Source: Acidimicrobiia bacterium
Lineage (GTDB): Bacteria; Actinomycetota; Acidimicrobiia; Spongiisociales; ZC4RG35
DNA length: 64,000 bases
Reading direction: 5' to 3'
NCBI GenBank assembly: GCA_035292685.1
Contig: DATDPP010000079.1
Location: 170,971 to 234,970 of the forward strand
Position numbers and translations under genes: made by a program. Shown piece after piece: positions 19,458 through 28,852 of the stretch. Below the pieces are notes generated by a model. That model was not told the DNA's origin, ran no database searches, and was given only the letters and a program-made list of their open reading frames with translations. Each line of letters starts with the position of its first letter. Position 1 is the stretch's first letter.

Positions 19458-20021
19458 GTGAACTGGCTCGCCTACAAGTTGCTCCAGATCAGAGGATGGG
19501 AATTCACCGGGAAGCTCCCCGACCTCCCCAAGCTGATCATCATCGGAGCCCCCCACACCAGCAACTGGGACTTCATCATCTATCTCGGCGCCCTTCACCA
19601 CTACCGGATGAAGGCCTCCTTCATCGGCAAGCACACCCTGTTCCGCTGGCCGTTCGGGTACTTGTTCCGATGGCTGGGGGGAATACCTGTCGACCGAACT
19701 AGATCCACCGGAATAGTTCAGCAGGTGGTCGACGCCATCGAGCAGTGCGACCGGATGATCCTGGTGATGGCACCGGAGGGGACCAGGCTGGCCGCTCCCT
19801 TCTGGAAGTCTGGTTTCCTCCAGATCGCGGCCCAGGCCGGGGTGCCGATCTCTCTCGGCTACGTCGACTTCCCCAACCGTCGCGCCGGTATCGGCCCGTT
19901 GCTCTGTTTTGCCGGCGACGTCACCGGATTCATGGACGAGGCTCGATCCTTCTACGCCGACAGACAGGGTTTGCACCCCGAGGGGAAGGGACCGGTCAGG
20001 GTGCGGGAGGAAGCCGACTGA
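19458..20021 (+). CDS. Lysophospholipid acyltransferase (PlsC family).
   Basis: HTSNWDF (HX4D-like acyltransferase motif) and VMAPEGTR. Confidence 0.7.
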   Translation: MNWLAYKLLQIRGWEFTGKLPDLPKLIIIGAPHTSNWDFIIYLGALHHYRMKASFIGKHTLFRWPFGYLFRWLGGIPVDRTRSTGIVQQVVDAIEQCDRMILVMAPEGTRLAAPFWKSGFLQIAAQAGVPISLGYVDFPNRRAGIGPLLCFAGDVTGFMDEARSFYADRQGLHPEGKGPVRVREEAD

Positions 20022-20028
20022 AAGCCGG

Positions 20029-21528
20029 CTACACGACCATGCGTTTGAGGGCGGATCGGTCGACCTTGCCGAGATGGGTCTGAGGCAAACGGTCCACGAA
20101 AAAGACCCGGCGAGGGTGCTTGTAGGGCTCGAGGTGTGACAGCACCCAGTCGATCAATTCCTGTTCGTCGACTCCGTCAGCCACCACGAAGGCGACTGGC
20201 TTCGCCAGGCCATCGGAGTCGTTGACCGCCACCACGGCACATTCCCTGACCGCCTCGTGGTCGAGAAGTGTCGATTCGACTTCCTGGGGCCGGAACCACT
20301 TCCCTTTGACCTTGATGGCGTCGTCGGCCCGACCGCGATGGGTGACATAGCCCTCTTCGTCGATGGATACAAGGTCCCCGCCGACAAACCACTCGCCGCG
20401 AAACGCCTCGATCGTCTTCTCCGGGTCCTGCCAGTAACCAGGTCCCAGCGATTGGCCGCGCACCCAGAGTCGGCCCACCTTCCCGGGTGCCACCTCAACC
20501 CCATCCTCGTCGCAAGCCTTGATCTCGAACCCGGGGACCACCCTGCCCAGGGTTCCCGGTCTCACGTCGCCGATCGTGTTGGTGATGAAGATGTGCCACA
20601 TCTCGGCAGTTCCCAGACCGTCCAACAACTCGACGCCAAACCGGTCCTTCCAACGGTGATAGAGGGTCTCGGGCAGGGCCTCGCCGGCCGTGGTGGCGAA
20701 ACGAAGTGAGGACAGGTCGGCTTTGGCGACCCCAGAATGCGACAACAACTGGTTGACCGCCGAGGGGACCGTCACCAACACCGTGGCCCGATGGCGCTCG
20801 ACACGCTCGATGATGGCCTCAGGGAAAGGTGGCCCGGGGAAGAGGACAGTCGAGGCGCCGACCGAGAGGGGGAAGAACAGGTTGGACCCGGTGGCGTATC
20901 CAAAGTAGAGCTTGGGCACGGCGATGGTGACATCATCTCCAGTGAGCCCCAGTGAGCCCTGCCCGTAGAGCTGCGTGGTGTTGGCCAGGCTCCGGTGGCT
21001 CTGGGGAACCGCCTTGGGGGACCCGGTGGTGCCACCGGAGAAGAGCCAGAGCGCGGGGTCTCCTGCGGCGGTGTCGTAGGTGGCAAGGTCGTAGCCCGAC
21101 AATGGCAGTGTGTCATCGACGATCAGTTCGCCGGGCTCCCACTCGCCCGCCGCCACGGCCTCCCGGTAGAGCGCCAGGTGGTCGGCATGGACCACCGCAG
21201 CAGTGGCACGGGAGGTGCGGATGATGGCCGCCATCGCCTCCACCGTCAGGCCTGGGTTGAGCATGATGGCGACCGCGCCAAGCCGAAAGATGCCGAACAG
21301 GGCTGCCACGTAGGGAAGGGCATCCGGGAGCACGATTAGCACCCGATCCTGAGGCCCCACCCCCAAATCCCCGAGTATCACACCCAGCGCCGAGGCAGCC
21401 TCGTCCACCTCCGCATAGGAAACGGCACGGTCGTCGAGAAGAAGCGCGGTGGCGTCGCCGAGCCCCTCGTCGAGCCGGCCCCGCAACAGGAATCGGTCCA
21501 CGTTGAGACGCTCCGGCCACCTGATCAC
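20029..21528 (-). CDS. AMP-dependent synthetase/ligase (acyl- or aryl-CoA ligase family).
   Basis: LFSGGTTGSPKAV (AMP-binding P-loop), YGTAE-like GLGTAEM and a conserved C-terminal Lys region. Confidence 0.8.
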   Translation of the reverse strand: MIRWPERLNVDRFLLRGRLDEGLGDATALLLDDRAVSYAEVDEAASALGVILGDLGVGPQDRVLIVLPDALPYVAALFGIFRLGAVAIMLNPGLTVEAMAAIIRTSRATAAVVHADHLALYREAVAAGEWEPGELIVDDTLPLSGYDLATYDTAAGDPALWLFSGGTTGSPKAVPQSHRSLANTTQLYGQGSLGLTGDDVTIAVPKLYFGYATGSNLFFPLSVGASTVLFPGPPFPEAIIERVERHRATVLVTVPSAVNQLLSHSGVAKADLSSLRFATTAGEALPETLYHRWKDRFGVELLDGLGTAEMWHIFITNTIGDVRPGTLGRVVPGFEIKACDEDGVEVAPGKVGRLWVRGQSLGPGYWQDPEKTIEAFRGEWFVGGDLVSIDEEGYVTHRGRADDAIKVKGKWFRPQEVESTLLDHEAVRECAVVAVNDSDGLAKPVAFVVADGVDEQELIDWVLSHLEPYKHPRRVFFVDRLPQTHLGKVDRSALKRMVV

Positions 21529-21564
21529 AGGGAGCGAACCTAGTCGGGACTACGGTCTCCACCG

Positions 21565-22362
21565 GTGAGAACCGCTTTGGTCACCGGGCCTTCGTCGGGG
21601 ATTGGCCGGGCCACCGCCCTTGGTCTCGCCAGGCTGGGGCTTCATGTGGTGGCAGCCGGGCGCTCACCGGTGAGGACCCAGCCAGTGCTGGACCAGATCC
21701 GGGCTGAGGGTGGGTCCGCCGAATATCTCCAGCTCGATCTGGCCTCATGGAAGTCGGTGCAGAAGGCAGCCTCGACCTTGCTCAAGACCGGGCGCCCGCT
21801 CGATGTGCTGGTCAACAATGCGGGGGTCGGCGCCACCAACGGGGTGACCGAGGATGGCTTCGAGGTGCATTGGGGGGTGAACCATCTCGGCCATTTCCTC
21901 CTCACCAACCAACTGGCGCGTGCCTTCGTTGACCGGGCGAGGGTGGTCTCGGTGTCCAGCGATGTGCACCATCGGGCCCGGGAGCTCCATCTGGACCGGG
22001 TTCGGGGTCGGGGTCGGGTCCCGTTCGGATTCGGCTACTACGCGGTCTCCAAAGCAGCAAACATCCTCTTCATCCGCGAGCTGGCCGTGCGCCATCCCGA
22101 ATGGGACTGTCATGCCATGCATCCCGGTCTGACCGACACTCCCTTGATTCCCGGGTACATCCGGCCCTTGATCCGGGGCTCGATGATCACGCCCGAGGAG
22201 GCCTCGGACACGATCATCTGGTGCGCGGTGTCCGACGAGGTCGCCGGCCAGTCGGGCCTCTACTACGCCCGACGCCAGGTCCGGCAGGCCTCCCCACTTG
22301 CCAGCGACGATGCGCTGGCCGCCGAGTTGTGGGAGAAGTCAGAAGAATGGACCGAGGACTGA
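21565..22362 (+). CDS. Short-chain dehydrogenase/reductase (SDR).
   Basis: TALVTGPSSGIGRA (TGxxxGxG), NNAG and the YxxxK region YAVSKAA. Confidence 0.8.
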   Translation: MRTALVTGPSSGIGRATALGLARLGLHVVAAGRSPVRTQPVLDQIRAEGGSAEYLQLDLASWKSVQKAASTLLKTGRPLDVLVNNAGVGATNGVTEDGFEVHWGVNHLGHFLLTNQLARAFVDRARVVSVSSDVHHRARELHLDRVRGRGRVPFGFGYYAVSKAANILFIRELAVRHPEWDCHAMHPGLTDTPLIPGYIRPLIRGSMITPEEASDTIIWCAVSDEVAGQSGLYYARRQVRQASPLASDDALAAELWEKSEEWTED

Positions 22363-22366
22363 ACAC

Positions 22367-22412
22367 GAGGCGGAAGCCCCGGCCGACCGGCGTCTGTTTG
22401 CCCGAGACTGTG
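22367..22412 (+). repeat. Copy A of a ~46-bp intergenic repeat (GAGGCGG.AG...GGCCGACCGGCGTCTGTTTGCCCGAGAC.GTG), upstream of kynA.
   Basis: Near-identical copy at 58552..58597. The core GGCCGACCGGCGTCTGTTTGCCCGAGAC is 28/28 identical. Confidence 0.6.
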
Positions 22413-22493
22413 AAACCGAGAGGCGCGCAATGACACACGCCGATGGCGGTTGGGCGAGGGCAGAGTCGGCCGGCAAGAAGTAGCTTCCGGCAC

Positions 22494-23579
22494 ATGGCCG
22501 AGGAAAACCTCTACTACGGCGATTACCTCCAACTCGACAAGCTCCTTTCCGCCCAACAGTTGGAAAGCGAGCGGGCCGGGAAGCCGATTCACGACGAGAT
22601 GCTGTTCGTCATCGTCCACCAGGCCTACGAGTTGTGGTTCAAGCAGATCCTCTGGGAGATCGACGATCTCCTCGCCATCTTCGGCAGGGATCTCGTCGAC
22701 GAGCAGGACATGGGCACCGCGGTGGGCAGGCTCCGGCGCATCCTGGCGATCCAATCGCTGCTGATCCAACAGGTAGCGGTCCTGGAGACGATGACACCCC
22801 TCGACTTCCTCGATTTCAGAGATCACTTGTTCCCCGCCTCCGGCTTCCAATCCACCCAGTTCCGGATCATGGAGAACAAGCTGGGCATGCGCCGGGAGGA
22901 CAGACTTCTATTGGCAGGAGCCCCGTACACGGCCAGGTTCACTCCTGAAGACAGGGTGATGGTGGAATCGTTCGAAGGTGGGTCGTCGCTGTTCGATGTC
23001 GTCGAGCAATGGCTGGAACGAACACCATTCCTGGAAAGCGGGGGGTTCCAATTCCGTGAGGCCTTTCAGGAGGCGGTACGCGCCAGGCTGGAGGCCGACC
23101 GTGAGGTGGTGGCCACCAACCCCAATCTCACCCCGGGTGAGAGGGACGCGCAACTCAAGGATTTCTCCCTGACGATGGAGCAGTACGAGGCTCTTTTCGA
23201 CGAACAGAAACACGCCGAGCAGCAGAAGGCAGGAACTCGACGTATCAGCCACCGTGCGTTTCAGGCGGCCCTATTCATCAACCTCTATCGGGATCAGCCC
23301 GCCCTGCACGAGCCCTACCAGATCCTGGAGCTGCTGATGGACATGGACGAGGGATTCACCGCCTGGCGGCATCGCCACGCCCAGATGGCCCTGCGGATGA
23401 TCGGGCGTCGCATCGGCACCGGCGGATCGGCTGGGGCCAGATACCTGGAGAAGGCTGCGGAGCGGGGCCGGGTCTTCGGAGACCTCTTCGACCTCTCGAC
23501 CTTTCTCATCCCCCGAGACAGCCGGCCGCTGCTTCCCCGGGACATCGTGGAGGCGATGAGATTCCGGTATCAGGGATGA
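22494..23579 (+). CDS. kynA: Tryptophan 2,3-dioxygenase.
   Basis: YYGDYLQLDKLL...HDEMLFVIVHQAYELWFKQ is the TDO signature. The ATG at 22494 is preferred over the ORF start at 22443. Confidence 0.85.
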   Translation: MAEENLYYGDYLQLDKLLSAQQLESERAGKPIHDEMLFVIVHQAYELWFKQILWEIDDLLAIFGRDLVDEQDMGTAVGRLRRILAIQSLLIQQVAVLETMTPLDFLDFRDHLFPASGFQSTQFRIMENKLGMRREDRLLLAGAPYTARFTPEDRVMVESFEGGSSLFDVVEQWLERTPFLESGGFQFREAFQEAVRARLEADREVVATNPNLTPGERDAQLKDFSLTMEQYEALFDEQKHAEQQKAGTRRISHRAFQAALFINLYRDQPALHEPYQILELLMDMDEGFTAWRHRHAQMALRMIGRRIGTGGSAGARYLEKAAERGRVFGDLFDLSTFLIPRDSRPLLPRDIVEAMRFRYQG

Positions 23580-24709
23580 ACCTGAAGCCGGGTTTCTCAC
23601 GCTTCCTGGGGGCAGCCCCGGATCGTCTTCATTTCGCAGCACATTCCCATCACCCGTGGCCGGATGTGTCCTTCGAGGCACAGCAACGGGCCTGGCTCGA
23701 CGCCGCCGATCTGATGGATGACAAGTGGGAGCACATCTTGGGGACCGTGATCCCCGACACTCAGCGAAGGATCGCGTCCAAGCTCGGGCTCTCCGACCCG
23801 GCCACGCTGACCTTCGCCCCCAACACCCACGACTTCCTAACCCGTCTCTTCTCCTGTCTCGAGCCACCGGTCCGCGTGTTGGCCACCGATGCCGAGTTTC
23901 ACTCGTTCAACCGCCAGTCGCGGAGATGGGAGGAGGGGGGTCTAGCCATCGTGGACCGGATCCCGGCCGAGCCGTTCGATACCTTTGCCGAGCGTTTCAC
24001 GCGAGAGGCTCGGGCCGGTGTACACGACCTGGTGTATTTGAGCCAGGTGTTCTTCGACTCGGCGTTCGTGGTACCGGAGCTGGATCGCGTGATCTCCTCG
24101 GTGCCCGAGGATCGTGCCTTCGTGGTCATCGACGGGTACCACGGCTTCATGGCCCGACCCACCAACCTCGGCGCTATCCAGGACAGGGTCTTCTTTCTCG
24201 CCGGCGGCTACAAGTACGCCATGGCGGGTGAGGGTGTCTGTTTCCTCCACTCACCCCCCGGATATGGGCCTCGACCCGCTGACACCGGCTGGTACGCCGG
24301 TTTCGGCCAGCTGGAGACCGGGGTCAGTGGTCAGGTCTATTACGCCGAGGATGGCTCTAGGTTTGCCGGCGCCACCTACGACCCGTCCGGCATCTATCGG
24401 ATGCGGGCGGTGCTGACCTGGCTGGAGGAGTCCGGGGTGACCGTGGCTGACATCCGGGCCCATGTCGTACACCTTCAGAGCCGGTTGCTGGCGACTGCGA
24501 GCCTCCCCGGCGATTTGATTCCACCGTCCCCGCATGAGCGCGGCAACTTCCTCACCTTCAGGTCAGAGGGTGCTGGTGACATCTACCGGGCCCTCCACGA
24601 GCGGGGAGTGGTCACCGACTATCGGGACGATCGGCTTCGCATCGGCTTTGGCATCTATCACGACGAGGATGACGTCGACCGGTTGGCGGCGGCGCTGGCT
24701 GGGCTATAG
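23576..24709 (+). CDS. kynU: Kynureninase.
   Basis: Kynureninase family similarity (PLP fold, VVIDGYHG...AGGYKY). ATGA overlap with kynA. Confidence 0.82.
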   Translation: MNLKPGFSRFLGAAPDRLHFAAHSHHPWPDVSFEAQQRAWLDAADLMDDKWEHILGTVIPDTQRRIASKLGLSDPATLTFAPNTHDFLTRLFSCLEPPVRVLATDAEFHSFNRQSRRWEEGGLAIVDRIPAEPFDTFAERFTREARAGVHDLVYLSQVFFDSAFVVPELDRVISSVPEDRAFVVIDGYHGFMARPTNLGAIQDRVFFLAGGYKYAMAGEGVCFLHSPPGYGPRPADTGWYAGFGQLETGVSGQVYYAEDGSRFAGATYDPSGIYRMRAVLTWLEESGVTVADIRAHVVHLQSRLLATASLPGDLIPPSPHERGNFLTFRSEGAGDIYRALHERGVVTDYRDDRLRIGFGIYHDEDDVDRLAAALAGL

Positions 24710-24711
24710 GA

Positions 24712-24763
24712 CGTTTTCGCGCGGCAATCTGAGCCTATAGGTTCAGATCCCCGCGCGAAAACG
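24712..24763. terminator. Bidirectional terminator hairpin between convergent kynU and the ridA-like gene. A 13-bp perfect stem CGTTTTCGCGCGG / CCGCGCGAAAACG encloses a loop with a CCTATAGG palindrome.
   Basis: Read directly from the sequence. It spans essentially the entire 56-bp convergent intergenic gap. Confidence 0.6.
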
Positions 24764-24765
24764 GG

Positions 24766-25179
24766 TCAGGGATCGACCACGGCCACCCCGACCAGTTCCA
24801 CCACCGAGCGGGGATCGAAGAGCTCGCTGACCCCGATCAAGGCCATCGGCGGGAAATGATGGCCGAACACCTGGCGGTAGGCGGCGCCGATCGGCCCGAG
24901 GTTCTCGCGGTACGACTCGATCTGGGTGGTGTAGATGGTCAGCGACACCAGGTCACCAGGTTTGCCACCGGCCTCTTCGATGACCCTGGCGACCGCCCGA
25001 CAGGCTTGGGCAAACTGCTCCACAAGGCCATCATCGATGCTCAGATCGGGTTGGTGACCGGTCTGACCTGCGATGTGGAGGGTCCTTCCCCCCGCACTCA
25101 AGGCGCCATGGGAAAACCCGACCGGGGGGCTCATCCCCTCGGGGTCGAAGAGACGATGTCGGCTCACCGGCCTTCCCAC
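24766..25179 (-). CDS. RidA/YjgF family reactive-intermediate deaminase.
   Basis: FSHGALSAGGRTLHIAGQTG...SLTIYTT...MALIGVSEL. Confidence 0.78.
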   Translation of the reverse strand: MGRPVSRHRLFDPEGMSPPVGFSHGALSAGGRTLHIAGQTGHQPDLSIDDGLVEQFAQACRAVARVIEEAGGKPGDLVSLTIYTTQIESYRENLGPIGAAYRQVFGHHFPPMALIGVSELFDPRSVVELVGVAVVDP

Positions 25180-25991
25180 ACCGGCGGCCGCTTCCCGGTG
25201 AAGGCCTCGTAGAACTCGGCGTGGTCCTTGGTCGTCATCAACAGGGCCTGGGTGAACGCCTCCAGCTCGATCGCCGAGCCGAGATCCATGTCCAATTCCC
25301 GACCGATCAACACCTTGGTCGCCCCGTAGGCCAAGGTGGGGCCGTCGGCGAGGCGGCGGGCAAGGTCGGCGACCTCCCCTCCCAGGTCCTGGTCGGGCAC
25401 GACTTTGGAGGCCAGGCCGAGTCCCACCGCCGCCCCGGCTTCGACCTTGTCCCCGAGCAACAACATCTCGGTGGCCCGGCCCAATCCCACGATGCGGGGG
25501 AGGAGGTATGCAGAGCCCATGTCGGCGCCGGCCAGGCCCACTCTGGTGAACAGGAACTGGAACGACGCCGATTGGGCCAGGATCCTCAGGTCGGAGGCGA
25601 GGGCAATCACTGCCCCGGCCCCGGCGGCCACCCCGTTGACCGCCGCAATCACCGGGATTGGGAGACGCCGGATCCGCTCCACTACCGAGCCCGTCATTCG
25701 TGTGAACTCGAGAAGTTCCCGCGAGCCCGATTCCATCAGACTCCCGATGATCTCCTCCACGTCACCCCCGGAGCAGAATCCGCGGCCCTCGCCGGTGATC
25801 ACCAGGACCGCGACATCCCCCCGATGCTCCAGTTCTCCCAGCAGGTCACGGAGATCGGCATAGACGTCGAAAGTCAGGGCATTGAGACGATCCGGGCGAT
25901 TGAAGGTGACGGTGGCCACGCCCCTGTCCACCTGGAATCCGAAATGTTCCCAGGAACCGGTGAAGGCGGCGGAGGAGCGGAATGGGCTCAA
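25164..25991 (-). CDS. Enoyl-CoA hydratase/isomerase (crotonase family).
   Basis: VTFNRPDRLNAL...VITGEGRGFCSGGDV...AAVNGVAAGAGAVIALASD. Confidence 0.85.
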   Translation of the reverse strand: MSPFRSSAAFTGSWEHFGFQVDRGVATVTFNRPDRLNALTFDVYADLRDLLGELEHRGDVAVLVITGEGRGFCSGGDVEEIIGSLMESGSRELLEFTRMTGSVVERIRRLPIPVIAAVNGVAAGAGAVIALASDLRILAQSASFQFLFTRVGLAGADMGSAYLLPRIVGLGRATEMLLLGDKVEAGAAVGLGLASKVVPDQDLGGEVADLARRLADGPTLAYGATKVLIGRELDMDLGSAIELEAFTQALLMTTKDHAEFYEAFTGKRPPVWEGR

Positions 25992-25998
25992 GCGGTGC

Positions 25999-27186
25999 CT
26001 AGACGGTCACCTGGGCTGGTTCTGGCTCGTCTGCTGTCAGGTAGGTGTAGATCGCGTATAGCAGGGTCAGCCCCAGGATCGGGGTGAAGATCCGTTTCAT
26101 GGTGGCGTTCTCGAGAATCAGCGCGACCGCAAACCCGGCGACACCTACATTCGTGCCCCAGAAGATCACCCGATTGACTGAGTCGGAGACATTCGAAGCC
26201 AGAGCCATCATGGCGAAGATCAGATTCGTCACGACCATGATGAAGTTGATGTGGTCGAAGGCGAGGGCAACATTGAGAAGCTCCTCGAACTCCTTGCCGG
26301 TGGAAATCTGGCCGATCAGATACACGATCAGAAGCACAGCGGCAATCAGCCCGAGGACGGCGGTGCGCACGAACTGGTTGATTGGTGCACCACCCCATTG
26401 GGACGGGACGAGTTGCTTTCTGAAACGAACGATCAAGACGATGCTGCCCGCGAGCTGCAGCGCCCCCGCCATCTGAAGCAGCGGGTCGATCCCAAAAAGC
26501 GAACCGGTCACGAACAGAAGGCCTGCCACGAAGAGCAAGAACATCTGGACAACACCCGACTTCGATCGGGACAGACTCGGAATCTGGCGTCCCGGCATGA
26601 GCCACTCGATCATGGCAAGGCCTGCCAGGATCACGAATCCCGCCACCATCGCGCCGGGGTGGGATTCATACAGGCGGTCTGCGTTCTCAGGGGAAACAAT
26701 CAGGACGTCGGCGAGCTGAAGACCCAGGAGCACCCCGAGGATCGCCCCGAGCACCAGAAATCCGAGTGCCAGGGCCATCCCCAGCTCGGCGACATTCCAA
26801 CTGCTGCCTCGCTTCTTTCCTAGGACCCAGATGAACATCCAGGTCATGGCGACAAATGCAAGCGTGCCTCCGATCGGTCGCTGGATGCTCTCCGTGATCA
26901 GATCCAGCGACCAAAATGCCAGCACATACAGCCCTAAAGCCACGATGGCGAAGTTGGCCAACCGGGCCGAGGAGCGATCGTCGGGCGACCCGAACATCCA
27001 GATGGCTGCAGCGAAGGTTCCCAGGGTGACCCACCCCAGGGTTCCGGCGTGCACATGGGTGAGCAACGTGTTCCGTGGCACGTCCCATACGTCGGTGCCG
27101 TTGAGGATCCCGATCACGACCGTGATCACGAATATCACCAAGGCGGCACGAAACAGCTTCCTGACACCGGGCGGAGCGACGCCCAT
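25999..27186 (-). CDS. Polytopic membrane protein of unknown function.
   Basis: About 11 hydrophobic helices. Co-oriented with the downstream hydratase and ridA genes. Confidence 0.4.
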   Translation of the reverse strand: MGVAPPGVRKLFRAALVIFVITVVIGILNGTDVWDVPRNTLLTHVHAGTLGWVTLGTFAAAIWMFGSPDDRSSARLANFAIVALGLYVLAFWSLDLITESIQRPIGGTLAFVAMTWMFIWVLGKKRGSSWNVAELGMALALGFLVLGAILGVLLGLQLADVLIVSPENADRLYESHPGAMVAGFVILAGLAMIEWLMPGRQIPSLSRSKSGVVQMFLLFVAGLLFVTGSLFGIDPLLQMAGALQLAGSIVLIVRFRKQLVPSQWGGAPINQFVRTAVLGLIAAVLLIVYLIGQISTGKEFEELLNVALAFDHINFIMVVTNLIFAMMALASNVSDSVNRVIFWGTNVGVAGFAVALILENATMKRIFTPILGLTLLYAIYTYLTADEPEPAQVTV

Positions 27187-27278
27187 CTTCTGCTCCTTTC
27201 TGGATGCTGCGTCATTATGCCGGGAGGCAGCCGGCGACGGGACGAATCGACCCGAGGTCGGTAACTTGAGCCCTGCCG

Positions 27279-28385
27279 ATGATCCCCCTCCCCCTGGTCG
27301 ACGAATCCGAGCGCATCGCCCGCTCCTTGCTCGACGTCGCCGAGCGTGGGGTACCCGGCCGGGTGAACCGGGATCTGGTCACGGCAATCGCCGAACACGG
27401 CCTGTTCGACAGGCTCTTTGCCACCCAAGGGGTCACTGCCACCGATCTCTGTGCCATCCGTCAAGGTTTGGCCCGGGTGTCGACCGAGGCCGAGACCACC
27501 TTCGCCGTCCAGGGATTGGGTGCGATTCCCATACACCTGGCCGGTTCCCCGGCCGCCCGAGAGCAATGGATCCCCTCGATCCGAGGCGGGCAGGCGGTGG
27601 CCGCCTTTGCTCTCACCGAGCCGGGCGCGGGATCCGACGCCGCGGCCCTGTCCACCCGGGCTGAACCCGACGGCGACGGCTTCCGGATCACGGGCGAGAA
27701 GGCGTACATCTCGAACGCTCCCGACGCCGACGTGTACACCGTTTTCGCCAGGACCACCGAAGGAGCGGGGTCCCGCGGAATCACCGCCTTCGTGGTGGGA
27801 GCGGACTCGTCTGGTCTGAATGGGGAGACGATTCCCATGGTCTCCCCTCATCCGCTGGGGCGACTCCGTTTCGACGGTGTCTTCGTCCCAGCCTCCCATG
27901 TCCTGGGCGAGGTCGACCACGGGTTCCGGGTGGCGATGCAGACCCTCGATCTGTTCCGGCCCAGTGTCGGTGCCTTCGCCCTGGGGATGGCTGAGGCAGC
28001 CCTCAGCATCGCGGTCGACCATGCCACCACCCGCCACGCTTTCGGCACCCCGATCTCAGACTTCCAGGGGGTGTCCCACCAATTGGCCGACGTCCGACTC
28101 GCCATCGAGGCGGCCGGGTATCTGGTGTACTCGGCTGCCCAGGCCCACGACTCCGGTGACCGGGAAACCCTGACCGGGAAGGCGGCGATGGCCAAGCTCC
28201 ACGCCACCGAAACCGCCCAAAAGGCGGTCGATGTGGCGATCCAGGTGTTGGGGGCGAGAGGACTCGAAGCAGGATCGACCCTCGCCCGTCTCTACGTCGA
28301 GGTGCGGGCCCCCCGTATCTACGAGGGCACCTCCGAGATCCAGCGCAACATCATCGCCCGGGAGCTGTTCGCCGGGAAGATCTAG
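27279..28385 (+). CDS. Acyl-CoA dehydrogenase.
   Basis: FALTEPGAGSDAAAL, YISNAP and a C-terminal catalytic region YEGTSEIQRNIIAREL. Confidence 0.85.
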   Translation: MIPLPLVDESERIARSLLDVAERGVPGRVNRDLVTAIAEHGLFDRLFATQGVTATDLCAIRQGLARVSTEAETTFAVQGLGAIPIHLAGSPAAREQWIPSIRGGQAVAAFALTEPGAGSDAAALSTRAEPDGDGFRITGEKAYISNAPDADVYTVFARTTEGAGSRGITAFVVGADSSGLNGETIPMVSPHPLGRLRFDGVFVPASHVLGEVDHGFRVAMQTLDLFRPSVGAFALGMAEAALSIAVDHATTRHAFGTPISDFQGVSHQLADVRLAIEAAGYLVYSAAQAHDSGDRETLTGKAAMAKLHATETAQKAVDVAIQVLGARGLEAGSTLARLYVEVRAPRIYEGTSEIQRNIIARELFAGKI

Positions 28386-28388
28386 GCG

Positions 28389-28787
28389 TCAGGCGACCGC
28401 GTGGCCGGCGCGCACCATGATGCAGGCTCGGGTAAGCCACACGAAAGGCCCGTTGGAAAGTCGTTCCTCGAGCTGAGGTGATTCGGCTCCCGGCTGCACC
28501 CAGATGTTGGATATCCCCGCCTGCTCGCACTCATCCAGGACCAGGAGGCCTCTGGCTGCGGGGATCACGAAATTGGCCATGGTGGGAGTCTCCGCCAGCT
28601 CCCCCACGGAGCGCCAGCACGGATCGCCGTCGACCGTTTGCCGGTAAGGGTTGACCGCAAAGACCTTGTACCCCTTGGCCTTCAAATCCCGATAGATGAT
28701 CCCGCCGTACTTGCCCGGCCGGTCGGTGGCGCCGATCACTGCAATCGAAGCCCCGGGTTGGGAAAGAAGGGGTGTCAGGTCGGTCAT
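28389..28787 (-). CDS. CoA-binding domain protein (YccU-like).
   Basis: IAVIGATDRPGKYGGIIYRDL...KVFAVNP. The start is taken at MTDLTPLL. Confidence 0.65.
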   Translation of the reverse strand: MTDLTPLLSQPGASIAVIGATDRPGKYGGIIYRDLKAKGYKVFAVNPYRQTVDGDPCWRSVGELAETPTMANFVIPAARGLLVLDECEQAGISNIWVQPGAESPQLEERLSNGPFVWLTRACIMVRAGHAVA

Positions 28788-28852
28788 CGCTGTCGACAAC
28801 GGTATCGGAAGTTGAGAGCTTCCCGGCAATCCACTCTGTACCGTGGGCCGGC

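Noticed and set aside
21529-21564. TAGTCgggGACTA-like small palindrome in the 36-bp divergent region between the CoA ligase and SDR genes.
   Set aside because: It is too short and imperfect to call as an operator. It is merely the shared divergent promoter space.
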